From Nostoc sp. (GTDB lineage: Bacteria > Cyanobacteriota > Cyanobacteriia > Cyanobacteriales > Nostocaceae): a stretch of 64,000 nt of DNA. Both the position numbers and the translations under genes were made by a program. This document shows positions 20,758-29,574 of this stretch, piece by piece. The number at the start of each line of letters is the position of its first letter. Position 1 is the first letter of the stretch. Under the pieces are notes generated by a model. It made no database searches. It was not told the DNA's origin and saw only the letters and a program-made list of their open reading frames with translations. Location: the NCBI GenBank assembly GCA_036918135.1, contig JBALDB010000055.1:44401-108400 (forward strand). Direction: 5' to 3'.

Positions 20758-23316
20758 ATGACAAATCAGTTGCAACAAGTGGCGTTGATGGTGAGTGCGC
20801 TGCTAGTATTGGGTATTGGGCCTGCCTGGGCACAAATATCTGAGAAAAAGACCGCTAATATTCCTAACATCCGTGACGTGAAACTTCCGCTCACTAGCGC
20901 CGAAATGCTTGTGCAGTCGTCAACATCAGAAGTTGTACAGGTTACTGGAGTTAAGGCAAATCCCACAGATAAAGGTGTGGAGGTGATTTTACAGACAACC
21001 AAGGGCGAACAATTACAACTAGTAAATCGCAGTGCTGGTAATAGCTTCATTGTTGATGTTCCCAATGCTCAACTGCGTTTACCGTCGGGTGAGGCTTTCA
21101 CATTTCGCTCTGAAAAACCAATTGCAGGTGTTACACAGATAACAGTAGTCAACTTTGATGCCAATACAATCCGGGTGACGGTGATAGGTGAGGTAGGTTT
21201 GCCAGTCGTCGATTTGTATGACAGTGCTAACGAGGGTATTATCTTTAGCGTAGCTAGTACCGCACCTCAAGCGCAACAGCCGACACAACCTCAAGCACAA
21301 CAACCACCTACACAGCAGCCCCAAAATCAGACACAGCCAAGTCAACCGATTGAGTTGGTGGTAACAGGAGAGCAAGATGGATACAATGCACCAGATGCAT
21401 CAACTGCTACTAAGACTGATACTCCTTTACGCGATATTCCCCAGTCGATTCAAGTCATCCCTGCAACTGTGATTCAAGATCAAGGCGCAGTTCGTCTCAA
21501 CGAAATCGTCCGCAATGTCAGTAGTGTATCAACTTCAAACAATGATGGCGGTCAGTCACAAAGTTACAAAATTCGGGGATTCGATGCTAACGTTTACAAA
21601 AACGGTTATCCTGACGATTATTTCTCCGATCAAGACAGTGCCAATATTGAGCGAGTTGAAGTCCTCAAAGGACCAGCGTCAGTGTTGTTTGGACGCTTGG
21701 AACCTTCGGGTATCATCAATCTTGTCACCAAGAAGCCATTAGCTTCACCCTACTACAATGTAGGTTTTACCGCAGGTAGCTATAGTTTTTATCGCCCCAC
21801 ATTAGATTTTTCCGGTCCACTGACAGAGGACGGAAAATTGGGTTATCGTCTCAACATTGACTACGAAAATTCTGGAAGTTTCCGTGACTTTGTAAACAAA
21901 GAAAGATTTTTTATTGCTCCTGTACTCGCTTGGAAAATTGGTGACAGGACAAACCTGACTTTTGAAGGTGAATATCTTCACACGGAAAGTCCTTACGATC
22001 GCGGGTTAGTGACAATTGGCGATCGCGTTGCAGATATTCCGATAAGCCGCTATCTCAGCGATCCGAGAAATTTAGTCGTTGCAGATGGATCGAAAACCTA
22101 CTTGACTTTGAATCATGAGTTTAATCAGAATTTATCGATGCGTACTGCTTTTCGGGTGACGACTTCACAATATACATTTAATAGTTTTGTCCTTCAGGGA
22201 TTAGGTGCTAGTGACGACGGAACTTTAGTTCTATTTAATACTCCCCTAAGTCTGTATCGTGAAACTTACTATCTACAGAATGACTTAACAGCTAAATTCA
22301 ATACTGGTTTTATCAAGCATACACTTTTGTTTGGTCTGGAGCTTGGTAAAGAGTCTCAGTGGCAGCAGAACGAGGCAGGACCCGATCAGTCGATTAATAT
22401 TTTTAATCCGGTCTACAACTTTTCTTTTGGTCGATATCAGCCAACTCGTGATAATGCAATCAATAGCACCTCTTTCGGAATTTATCTCCAAGATCAAATA
22501 AGTGTGTTTGATAATCTCAAACTCCTCGTAGGTGGCAGGTTTGACACTTATCATTCCACAATACAAGATTTCCTCAATACCTCAACCACAAAGACAGATA
22601 GCGATGCGTTTTCACCCCGCGTGGGAATTGTTTACCAACCGACAAAAGAAATTTCACTGTTTGCCAACTATAGTCGCTCGTTCGTTCCTATAACTGGTAG
22701 CGATAAGAATAACAATGCTTTTGTGCCTGAACGGGGAACTGGCTACGAAGCTGGCATCAAAGGAGACTTTTTCAATAATCGCCTCTCCTCTACTCTAGCT
22801 TTCTACACAGTTACCAAAACCAATGTCGTAACTGCCGATCCCAGCGATCCCGCTAACTTTGAAATTCAAGTCGGCGAACAACGCGCTCGTGGAATTGAGT
22901 TGGATGTGGCTGGAGAAATCCTACCGGGTTGGAAAATTATTGCCTCTTACGGTTATATAGATGCACAAATTACTAAAGACAATAGCTATCCAATCGGAAA
23001 TACTCTCTCCAATACACCCCAACATACTGGTTCCTTGTGGACAACTTATACATTTCAAACAGGCCCTTTAGAAGGGTTTGGTTTTGGTGGAGGCATTTTT
23101 GCAAACAGCAGAGCTTATGGAGATTTGAATAACTCTTTTACTGTACCTGGTTTTGTACGGACTGATGCGGCACTTTTCTACAAAAAGGATCGCTTGAGAG
23201 CATCTGTTAATTTCAAGAACCTATTTAGTACCAGATATTTCGAGACTGCTTTTTTCGGTTCAGCTTATCCGGCTGCACCTTTTACCGTGCAAGGAACAAT
23301 TTCTTGGGAGTTTTAA
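20758..23316 (+). CDS. AMIN-domain TonB-dependent siderophore-type receptor
   Basis: Signal peptide, AMIN, IELVVTG TonB box, IERVEVLKGPAS plug, terminal WEF. Confidence 0.92.
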   Translation: MTNQLQQVALMVSALLVLGIGPAWAQISEKKTANIPNIRDVKLPLTSAEMLVQSSTSEVVQVTGVKANPTDKGVEVILQTTKGEQLQLVNRSAGNSFIVDVPNAQLRLPSGEAFTFRSEKPIAGVTQITVVNFDANTIRVTVIGEVGLPVVDLYDSANEGIIFSVASTAPQAQQPTQPQAQQPPTQQPQNQTQPSQPIELVVTGEQDGYNAPDASTATKTDTPLRDIPQSIQVIPATVIQDQGAVRLNEIVRNVSSVSTSNNDGGQSQSYKIRGFDANVYKNGYPDDYFSDQDSANIERVEVLKGPASVLFGRLEPSGIINLVTKKPLASPYYNVGFTAGSYSFYRPTLDFSGPLTEDGKLGYRLNIDYENSGSFRDFVNKERFFIAPVLAWKIGDRTNLTFEGEYLHTESPYDRGLVTIGDRVADIPISRYLSDPRNLVVADGSKTYLTLNHEFNQNLSMRTAFRVTTSQYTFNSFVLQGLGASDDGTLVLFNTPLSLYRETYYLQNDLTAKFNTGFIKHTLLFGLELGKESQWQQNEAGPDQSINIFNPVYNFSFGRYQPTRDNAINSTSFGIYLQDQISVFDNLKLLVGGRFDTYHSTIQDFLNTSTTKTDSDAFSPRVGIVYQPTKEISLFANYSRSFVPITGSDKNNNAFVPERGTGYEAGIKGDFFNNRLSSTLAFYTVTKTNVVTADPSDPANFEIQVGEQRARGIELDVAGEILPGWKIIASYGYIDAQITKDNSYPIGNTLSNTPQHTGSLWTTYTFQTGPLEGFGFGGGIFANSRAYGDLNNSFTVPGFVRTDAALFYKKDRLRASVNFKNLFSTRYFETAFFGSAYPAAPFTVQGTISWEF

Positions 23317-23371
23317 CGTCAGCCTCCACGGCTGAATTCTCGTGTAGCAATAATGTTTTAAGGTACCTGCT

Positions 23372-23461
23372 ATAAACTCTAAAAAAGTACGTGACTTGGT
23401 ATTTACCCTTGGCTATAAGTTTGTGGGCATGATTGGTTTTCTGATGTCTTTTATAAGTATT
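23372..23461 (+). pseudogene. Collapsed PepSY-TM remnant
   Basis: (I)NSKKVRDLVFTL joined to GYKFVGMIGFLMSFISI, both matching parts of 39230-40384. Confidence 0.65.
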
Positions 23462-23551
23462 TGAGTTATTTTTGTGCTTGTTCTTCTGGTGTCAAATAGC
23501 GATGTTTGACCACAAGCCGCTTTAAGTGTCTACGCCTGACACCAAACTTTC

Positions 23552-23568
23552 ATGAGAAACTATTGCAA
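23552..23568 (+). promoter_or_regulatory. Fur-box-like motif upstream of AraC
   Basis: atgagaaactattgcaa, identical at 28355 and 32324; related motifs at 24689, 39174 and 47459. Confidence 0.5.
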
Positions 23569-23592
23569 GTATTGCAATTATCGCTCAGTTCC

Positions 23593-24597
23593 ATGACCAT
23601 CTCCATTTCGCGGAATTACTTCTGGGAAATCTATTTTGAAGATGAACCAAGCAAGCAACGCTACGATTCTTCAGACGAATTTGACATGATTTGGCAGTAC
23701 CCACCCCAGTTTGGCAAAGGATACAGCCGAACCATTGAGTTACGAGAGGGATTGGGACTGCTGATCAATGACTACCGACTTGATGACCGCCTAGTTGTAA
23801 AAGTGCCAGAACGTGCAGGCGATAACATACAGTACATCTTTCGTCTTTCAGGAAGCCATGAAATTTGGGATATTCATACAAGGAATCATCAAACAGGAGG
23901 AGCAGGACAGTATTTTTTCGGGGGTAGTGGCGCAGCTCCTAGCGAAATTTGTGCAATTTTACCAGAGCAACATCATTTGGTTATGTGTGTTTGGATGGCA
24001 CGAGAGCTATTTTGCTCATTTGCAGGCAATGTAGAGAGAAAAATTCCTTCTGCGTTAAAATCTCTCATTAGTCCAATAGAACAGTCCAATTATAGGGGTA
24101 GTGGAACAACTACAGCAGCAATGCAAGAAATTGTACAACAAATACTGCACTGTCCTTATTACGGAATGACTAAACGGATGTATCTAGAGAGCAAGGCGTT
24201 GGAGTTGATAACACTAATCGTTCAAGAGGAGTTGGAAATAAAAGAGAATAAGCAGAATCCTACTCTACTGAAACTAGATGATGTCGATCGCATACACTTG
24301 GCGAGAAATATTTTGCTAAAAAATCTTGACAATCCACCATCGTTAATTCAGTTAGCAAAGCAAGCCGGAATTAACGAGCGCAAACTCAAAGAGGGCTTTC
24401 GTTTTTGCTTTGGTACAACGGTGTTTGGCTATTTACACAACTATCGCATGGAACAAGCGCGATCGCTTTTGGTGGCGGGGCAGTTGAGTGTTAAACAAGT
24501 TGCCCGGATTATTGGTTATGCAAGTCCAACTTCATTTCATGCTGCATTTCGTAAAAAATTCGGCATCAATCCTGGAGATTATTTGAAACGCTGCTGA
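23593..24597 (+). CDS. AraC-family regulator
   Basis: Start MTISISRN by analogy to paralogs; C-terminal double HTH. Confidence 0.9.
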   Translation: MTISISRNYFWEIYFEDEPSKQRYDSSDEFDMIWQYPPQFGKGYSRTIELREGLGLLINDYRLDDRLVVKVPERAGDNIQYIFRLSGSHEIWDIHTRNHQTGGAGQYFFGGSGAAPSEICAILPEQHHLVMCVWMARELFCSFAGNVERKIPSALKSLISPIEQSNYRGSGTTTAAMQEIVQQILHCPYYGMTKRMYLESKALELITLIVQEELEIKENKQNPTLLKLDDVDRIHLARNILLKNLDNPPSLIQLAKQAGINERKLKEGFRFCFGTTVFGYLHNYRMEQARSLLVAGQLSVKQVARIIGYASPTSFHAAFRKKFGINPGDYLKRC

Positions 24598-24607
24598 ACA
24601 TTTGCTA

Positions 24608-24650
24608 AAAAAGTCCGGCTGCAAGAAGAAAAAGTCCTGCTCGAAGAAGA
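24608..24650 (+). promoter_or_regulatory. 21-bp-period direct repeat, putative AraC operator
   Basis: aaaaagtccggctgcaagaag / aaaaagtcctgctcgaagaag. Confidence 0.55.
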
Positions 24651-24751
24651 CACGCTCATTAACAAAAACTCTATCCAAGGTAAGATTCTTGAGAAAGATT
24701 GTTGATTTTTTAAATTTTTCTCAAATTCTTGGATCTTAGGTGTGTGGAGTG

Positions 24752-27376
24752 ATGATAAATAAATTGCAACAAGTGGTGTTGATGGTAAGCACCCTGTTCG
24801 TGTTGGGTATTCAGGCTGGGTTAGCACAAACGCAACAGCAGAAATCTGCAAGTTCTAATATCCCTAGTATCCGCGAGATCAAACTTCCATTCACTAGCGC
24901 TCAAATGTTAGTGCAGTCTCAAGCTCCACAAAACCCCGCTTCGCAAGAGGGAAAACAGGAAAATGAAATTGTGCCAATAACGGGGGTGAAAGCTAATCCT
25001 ACCGATAAAGGTGTGGAGGTGATTTTAGAGACACCTGTTGGTACTCAACTGCAAGTTACAAATCGCAGTACTGGTAATAATTTTATAGTCGATGTATCAG
25101 GTGGACAATTACGACTGCCTAGTGGCGAGGCATTCACATTTCGTTCCGAAAAACCACTTGCGGGAATTACTCAAATAATAGTAACGAATATTGATGCCAA
25201 TACTGTGCGAGTGACAGTGGTGGGTGAGAAAGCTTTGCCCATAGTTGAGTTATATGATGATGATGCAGGTCTGGTTTTTGCAGTAGTTTCTACAGCAACG
25301 GCGACTTCTCCACCACAGCCACCTCAAACACCCCAAGCTAATCAGCCTCTAAATCAGACACAGCCAACTCAACCATCAACAAGTGATGAGCCGATTGAGT
25401 TGGTGGTGACAGGTGAGCAAGATGGATACAATGCAACAGATGCATCAATTGGAACCAAAACAGATACTCCCCTGCGTGACGTTCCTCAGTCGATTCAGGT
25501 GGTGCCGCAACAGGTGATTAAAGACCAGCAACTATACCGCTTGGGTGATGTGTTAAAAAACGTACCGGGTGTGGTACAGTCAGGAAGCTCTCCGCGCAGC
25601 GTATTTGAGAGTTATTTGATTCGGGGTTTTAACAGTTCGGAAATCCTCAAAGACGGACTCTTAGATCGTTCGCTGGCTAATGGTGGCTACGAGTCTGTCA
25701 CGGTAGATCGCATCGAAGTTCTCAAAGGACCTGCCTCGGTTCTGTTTGGGCAAGGGTCACTGGGGGGTATTGTTAATATTGTCACGAAACAGCCATTGAG
25801 GGAACCCTACTACTTCCTAGAAGGCTCTGCGGGGAGTTTTAATTCTTATCGAGGGGCGATTGATCTGTCGGGTCCAGTTAATGCCGACAAAACGGTGCTG
25901 TATCGTTTAGGTGTTGCCGCCCGGACGACCGAAAGCTTTATTGATTTCTATCAACATCAATTCTACAACGTTTCACCTTCTTTAACCTGGCAAATTAACG
26001 ACAGAGCCAAGCTCACCTTGGCAGCCCAGTATTACGAAGATAAAGGACCCTTCGATTACGGTCTTCCAGCAGATGGTACTGTGTTCCCAAATCCTAACGG
26101 TAAGATTCCGCGCAATCGCTTCCGGGGTGAACCTTCAGTTGACGATAGCGATACTCGCATCTATCGAATTGGTTATAACTTTGAATACCGCTTTAGCGAC
26201 AACTGGCAAGTACGTAGCGCCTTGCAAACCTCATTTCTGCGTCTAGATAGAGAAGCTGTTTTTGGCAGCCTTGCAGCAAATAAACGTACCTTCACTCGAA
26301 GTTACGGCGAACAGAACTTCAACGATCACATCTACAATTTCGATACTTATGTTGTTGGCAAGTTCGCTACTGGCAGTATTCAACATCAACTGGTCACAGG
26401 ATTAAATCTATCCAGACAGGATACCTTTGCCACCAATTTCAATCGCGCGATCGCTCCTTTAGATCTATTCAATCCCCAGTACGGCAGCAGACCAACCGGA
26501 CCTGCTTTTAGTCCCTTGAACTATCGCATCAGGAACGATGCACTAGGTATTTATCTGCAAGATCAAATCACATTGGCAGACAACCTTAAGATACTGTTGG
26601 GTGGACGCTTCGACATTGCCAGTAATGATTATCGTCGATTAGACACTGTGCTGGGTGGCTTCCGACAAGATGAGGCATTTAGTCCCAGAGTTGGCATTGT
26701 CTATCAACCGATAAGACCCATTTCTCTCTACGCCAGCTACGGCAAATCGTTCCTCCAAGCTTCAACCACAGCCCGAGCCCAAGCCGAGCCTGAGCGTGGT
26801 ACCCAATACGAAGTGGGTGTCAAAGCAGATTTGAGTAGCCGTCTGGCGGCGACTTTGGCATTCTATGACCTGACTCGCACGAACTTGCCCACCCCAGATC
26901 CCAATAACCCATTGCTCTCTATCCTAGTGGGAGAACAGCGCAGCCGGGGGATTGAGTTTGATATTTCCGGCGAAATTTTACCGGGATGGAACGTCATTGC
27001 TGGCTATGCCTACACTGATGCCGAAGTTACCAAAGACAATACACCTATAGTGGGCAATCAAATCAACAATATTCCAAAAAACTCTTTCAACCTGTGGACA
27101 ACTTACGAAATTCAATCTGGTGCCCTGCAAGGATTCGGGGCTGGTTTGGGATTTTACTTTGTGGGAGACAGACAGGGCGATTTAAACAACACGTTTCAAA
27201 TACCGAGCTACTTTCGCACCGATGCTGCTCTGTTCTACAAACGTGGGCAATTGCGTGCTGGGCTGAATTTCAAGAATTTGTTTGACATTGATTATTTTGA
27301 CTCTGCCGCGTTTCGCGATCGCGTTTTCTATGGCGATCCGTTCACAGTGCAAGGGACGATTTCTTGGGAATTTTGA
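24752..27376 (+). CDS. AMIN-domain TonB-dependent receptor
   Basis: Full signal-AMIN-plug-barrel architecture, terminal WEF. Confidence 0.92.
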   Translation: MINKLQQVVLMVSTLFVLGIQAGLAQTQQQKSASSNIPSIREIKLPFTSAQMLVQSQAPQNPASQEGKQENEIVPITGVKANPTDKGVEVILETPVGTQLQVTNRSTGNNFIVDVSGGQLRLPSGEAFTFRSEKPLAGITQIIVTNIDANTVRVTVVGEKALPIVELYDDDAGLVFAVVSTATATSPPQPPQTPQANQPLNQTQPTQPSTSDEPIELVVTGEQDGYNATDASIGTKTDTPLRDVPQSIQVVPQQVIKDQQLYRLGDVLKNVPGVVQSGSSPRSVFESYLIRGFNSSEILKDGLLDRSLANGGYESVTVDRIEVLKGPASVLFGQGSLGGIVNIVTKQPLREPYYFLEGSAGSFNSYRGAIDLSGPVNADKTVLYRLGVAARTTESFIDFYQHQFYNVSPSLTWQINDRAKLTLAAQYYEDKGPFDYGLPADGTVFPNPNGKIPRNRFRGEPSVDDSDTRIYRIGYNFEYRFSDNWQVRSALQTSFLRLDREAVFGSLAANKRTFTRSYGEQNFNDHIYNFDTYVVGKFATGSIQHQLVTGLNLSRQDTFATNFNRAIAPLDLFNPQYGSRPTGPAFSPLNYRIRNDALGIYLQDQITLADNLKILLGGRFDIASNDYRRLDTVLGGFRQDEAFSPRVGIVYQPIRPISLYASYGKSFLQASTTARAQAEPERGTQYEVGVKADLSSRLAATLAFYDLTRTNLPTPDPNNPLLSILVGEQRSRGIEFDISGEILPGWNVIAGYAYTDAEVTKDNTPIVGNQINNIPKNSFNLWTTYEIQSGALQGFGAGLGFYFVGDRQGDLNNTFQIPSYFRTDAALFYKRGQLRAGLNFKNLFDIDYFDSAAFRDRVFYGDPFTVQGTISWEF

Positions 27377-27639
27377 CCAAACAAGGCAAAAGTAAAAAAT
27401 TAAAAGGTAAAAGAAAGAAAAAGAAAAATGGTTTCTATATATATGCGATCGTGTGCGATCGCCTAACTGCTACTTTAGCATTCTATGGCTTGACTCGTAG
27501 CGATCGCACGTTTGCAAGCCAATGTTTGCATCTTCTAATTAATCATGCATTTGAGCGCTTCAGACTCAAATCCTCAATTGGCGATCGCGCACAAATCAAC
27601 GTTAATCTATATACTGGTGTTCAGCTCCTTTCAGGTGCT

Positions 27640-27671
27640 AGATTCCCGACTTTTAAAAAAGTCGGGGATCT
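27640..27671. repeat. Short palindromic dispersed repeat
   Basis: agattcccgacttttaaaaaagtcggggatct; related copy at 48942-48974. Confidence 0.65.
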
Positions 27672-27714
27672 GAGTATTCAGGTCTCTAAACACTCGTGCC
27701 AAGAGAAGACTTTT

Positions 27715-27871
27715 GTGTTTCGTGCAGGCGGAAGCAACTTCTGTCATCCCAGAAGTAACTTCTGCCGTCACATTTCCGTGTTTCGCGCAGCCAAAAGCAG
27801 CTTCTGTCATCCCAGAAGTAACTTCTGCCGTGACGAAACCGTGTTTCGCGCAGCCGGAAGTAACTTCTGCC
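27715..27871 (+). repeat. 63-bp tandem repeat, about 2.5 units with 21-bp substructure
   Basis: gtgtttcg starts at 27715, 27778 and 27841; recurring gaagtaacttctg. Confidence 0.8.
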
Positions 27872-27887
27872 TTGACGTTTGTTTCAG

Positions 27888-28117
27888 TGGGATTTTACTT
27901 TGCCGGAGACAGGCAGGGAGATTTAGCCAACACGTTTGAATTACCTAGTTATTTCCGTACCGATGCTGCTATCTTCTACAAATTCCAGGGTCTGCGGGTA
28001 GGACTCAATTTCAAGAATTTGTTCAATATCGATTATTTTGACTCTGCCTCGTATCGCGATCGCGTTTTCTATGGCGATCCGTTCACAGTGCAGCCAACAA
28101 TTTCTTGGGAGTTTTGA
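27888..28117 (+). pseudogene. TonB receptor 3' fragment, paralog of the end of 24752-27376
   Basis: GFYFAGDRQGDL...YRDRVFYGDPFTVQPTISWEF. Confidence 0.8.
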
Positions 28118-28419
28118 CACACACAGCTATCTGACATTTTAGGCGATACTCTTTGGGTCACTTCTCTACTCTATGCTGTACCTTAAGCGTAGCTATGCCG
28201 TAGGCTTTACGCGATCGCATCATCTAAAATGAGGCAAGGACATTCAAACTACCAAACCCTGATATAGTCTAGCTTTCTTAATTACGAATTACGAATTGAC
28301 AAAAGCACACACGCTTCCTCGGCTTGTCAATAGACATCGCTTCACACCGACTTTATGAGAAACTATTGCAAATATTGCGTTCACGAAGTGACTCGAAAGA
28401 GTATCGCTGAAGCTCAAAG

Positions 28420-29421
28420 ATGACCATCACCATTTCGCGGAATCTCTTTTGGGATGTCTATTTTGAAGTTGAACAAACCAAACAACGCTACGATCCTTCA
28501 GATGAATTTGATATTCTTTGGCAGTACCCACCCCAGTTTGGCGAAGGATATAGCCGGGATATTCAATTGCGCGAGGGATTGGGATTACTAATCAACAATT
28601 ATCAACTGCATGAGCGCCTAATTATTAAAGTCCCAGAACGTGAAGGCTGTATAAATTATGGCTTCTGTGTTTCAGGAGGTGGTGAAGCTTGGGATGTGCA
28701 TACAAAGAATCATTTCACTTGGAAGGAAGGACAATACCATTTGTCGGGAAATGGCGCATATCCCGATGCAGTTAATGCAGGTTCAGCAGGGGAACGGTAT
28801 CTGCGAGTAAATATTTCAATGTCACCAGAGCTATTTCGTTCCTTTACAGGCAATATCGAAGGAGAAGTTTCCCCACAACTAAAACATCTAGTCAGAAAAC
28901 CAACACAAGAAAGATATATCCGTAGTGGGGCGATCGCACCAGCAATGCAAGAAATTTTACAGCAAATACTGCACTGTCCCTATTACGGAATGACTAAACG
29001 GATGTATCTAGAGAGCAAGGCGCTGGAATTAATGATGCTAACGGTTGAAGAGGAGTTGCAAATAAAACAGGGCAAGCACAATTCTACTGCATTGAAACTA
29101 GATGATGTTGAACGCATACACCTAGCGAGAAATATTTTGCTCAGAAATCTTGACAATCCACCATCTTTAATTGAGTTAGCAAAGCAAGCCGGAATTAACG
29201 ATTGCAAACTCAAAGAAGGCTTTCGTCAGCTTTTTGGCACAACGGTATTTGGCTATTTGCACAACTATCGCATGGAACAGGCGCGATCGCTTTTGGTGGC
29301 GGGGCAGTTGAGTGTTAAACAAGTCGCCCGAATTGTTGGTTATGCAAGTCCAACTTCATTTCATGCGGCATTTCGCAAAAAATTCGGCATCAATCCTGGA
29401 GATTATTTGAAACGCTGCTAA
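28420..29421 (+). CDS. AraC-family regulator
   Basis: C-terminus nearly identical to 23593-24597. Confidence 0.9.
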   Translation: MTITISRNLFWDVYFEVEQTKQRYDPSDEFDILWQYPPQFGEGYSRDIQLREGLGLLINNYQLHERLIIKVPEREGCINYGFCVSGGGEAWDVHTKNHFTWKEGQYHLSGNGAYPDAVNAGSAGERYLRVNISMSPELFRSFTGNIEGEVSPQLKHLVRKPTQERYIRSGAIAPAMQEILQQILHCPYYGMTKRMYLESKALELMMLTVEEELQIKQGKHNSTALKLDDVERIHLARNILLRNLDNPPSLIELAKQAGINDCKLKEGFRQLFGTTVFGYLHNYRMEQARSLLVAGQLSVKQVARIVGYASPTSFHAAFRKKFGINPGDYLKRC

Positions 29422-29431
29422 ACATTTGCCA

Positions 29432-29473
29432 AAAAATCCGGCTGGAAGAAGAAAAACTCCGGCTCGAAGAAGA
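29432..29473 (+). promoter_or_regulatory. 21-bp-period direct repeat, putative AraC operator
   Basis: aaaaatccggctggaagaag / aaaaactccggctcgaagaag. Confidence 0.55.
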
Positions 29474-29574
29474 TATGCTGATTAACAAAAACTCTATCCA
29501 AGGTAAGATTTTTGAGAAAGATTACTGATTGTGGAAATTTTTCTCAATTTCTTGGATGTTAGGTGTGTGGAGTG

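Noticed and set aside
27715..27871. Possible CRISPR array
   Set aside because: Whole units repeat with no unique spacers, and there are no cas genes
27364..27939. 191-aa ORF
   Set aside because: Runs through low-complexity sequence, a receptor scrap, a palindrome and tandem repeats; not a coherent gene
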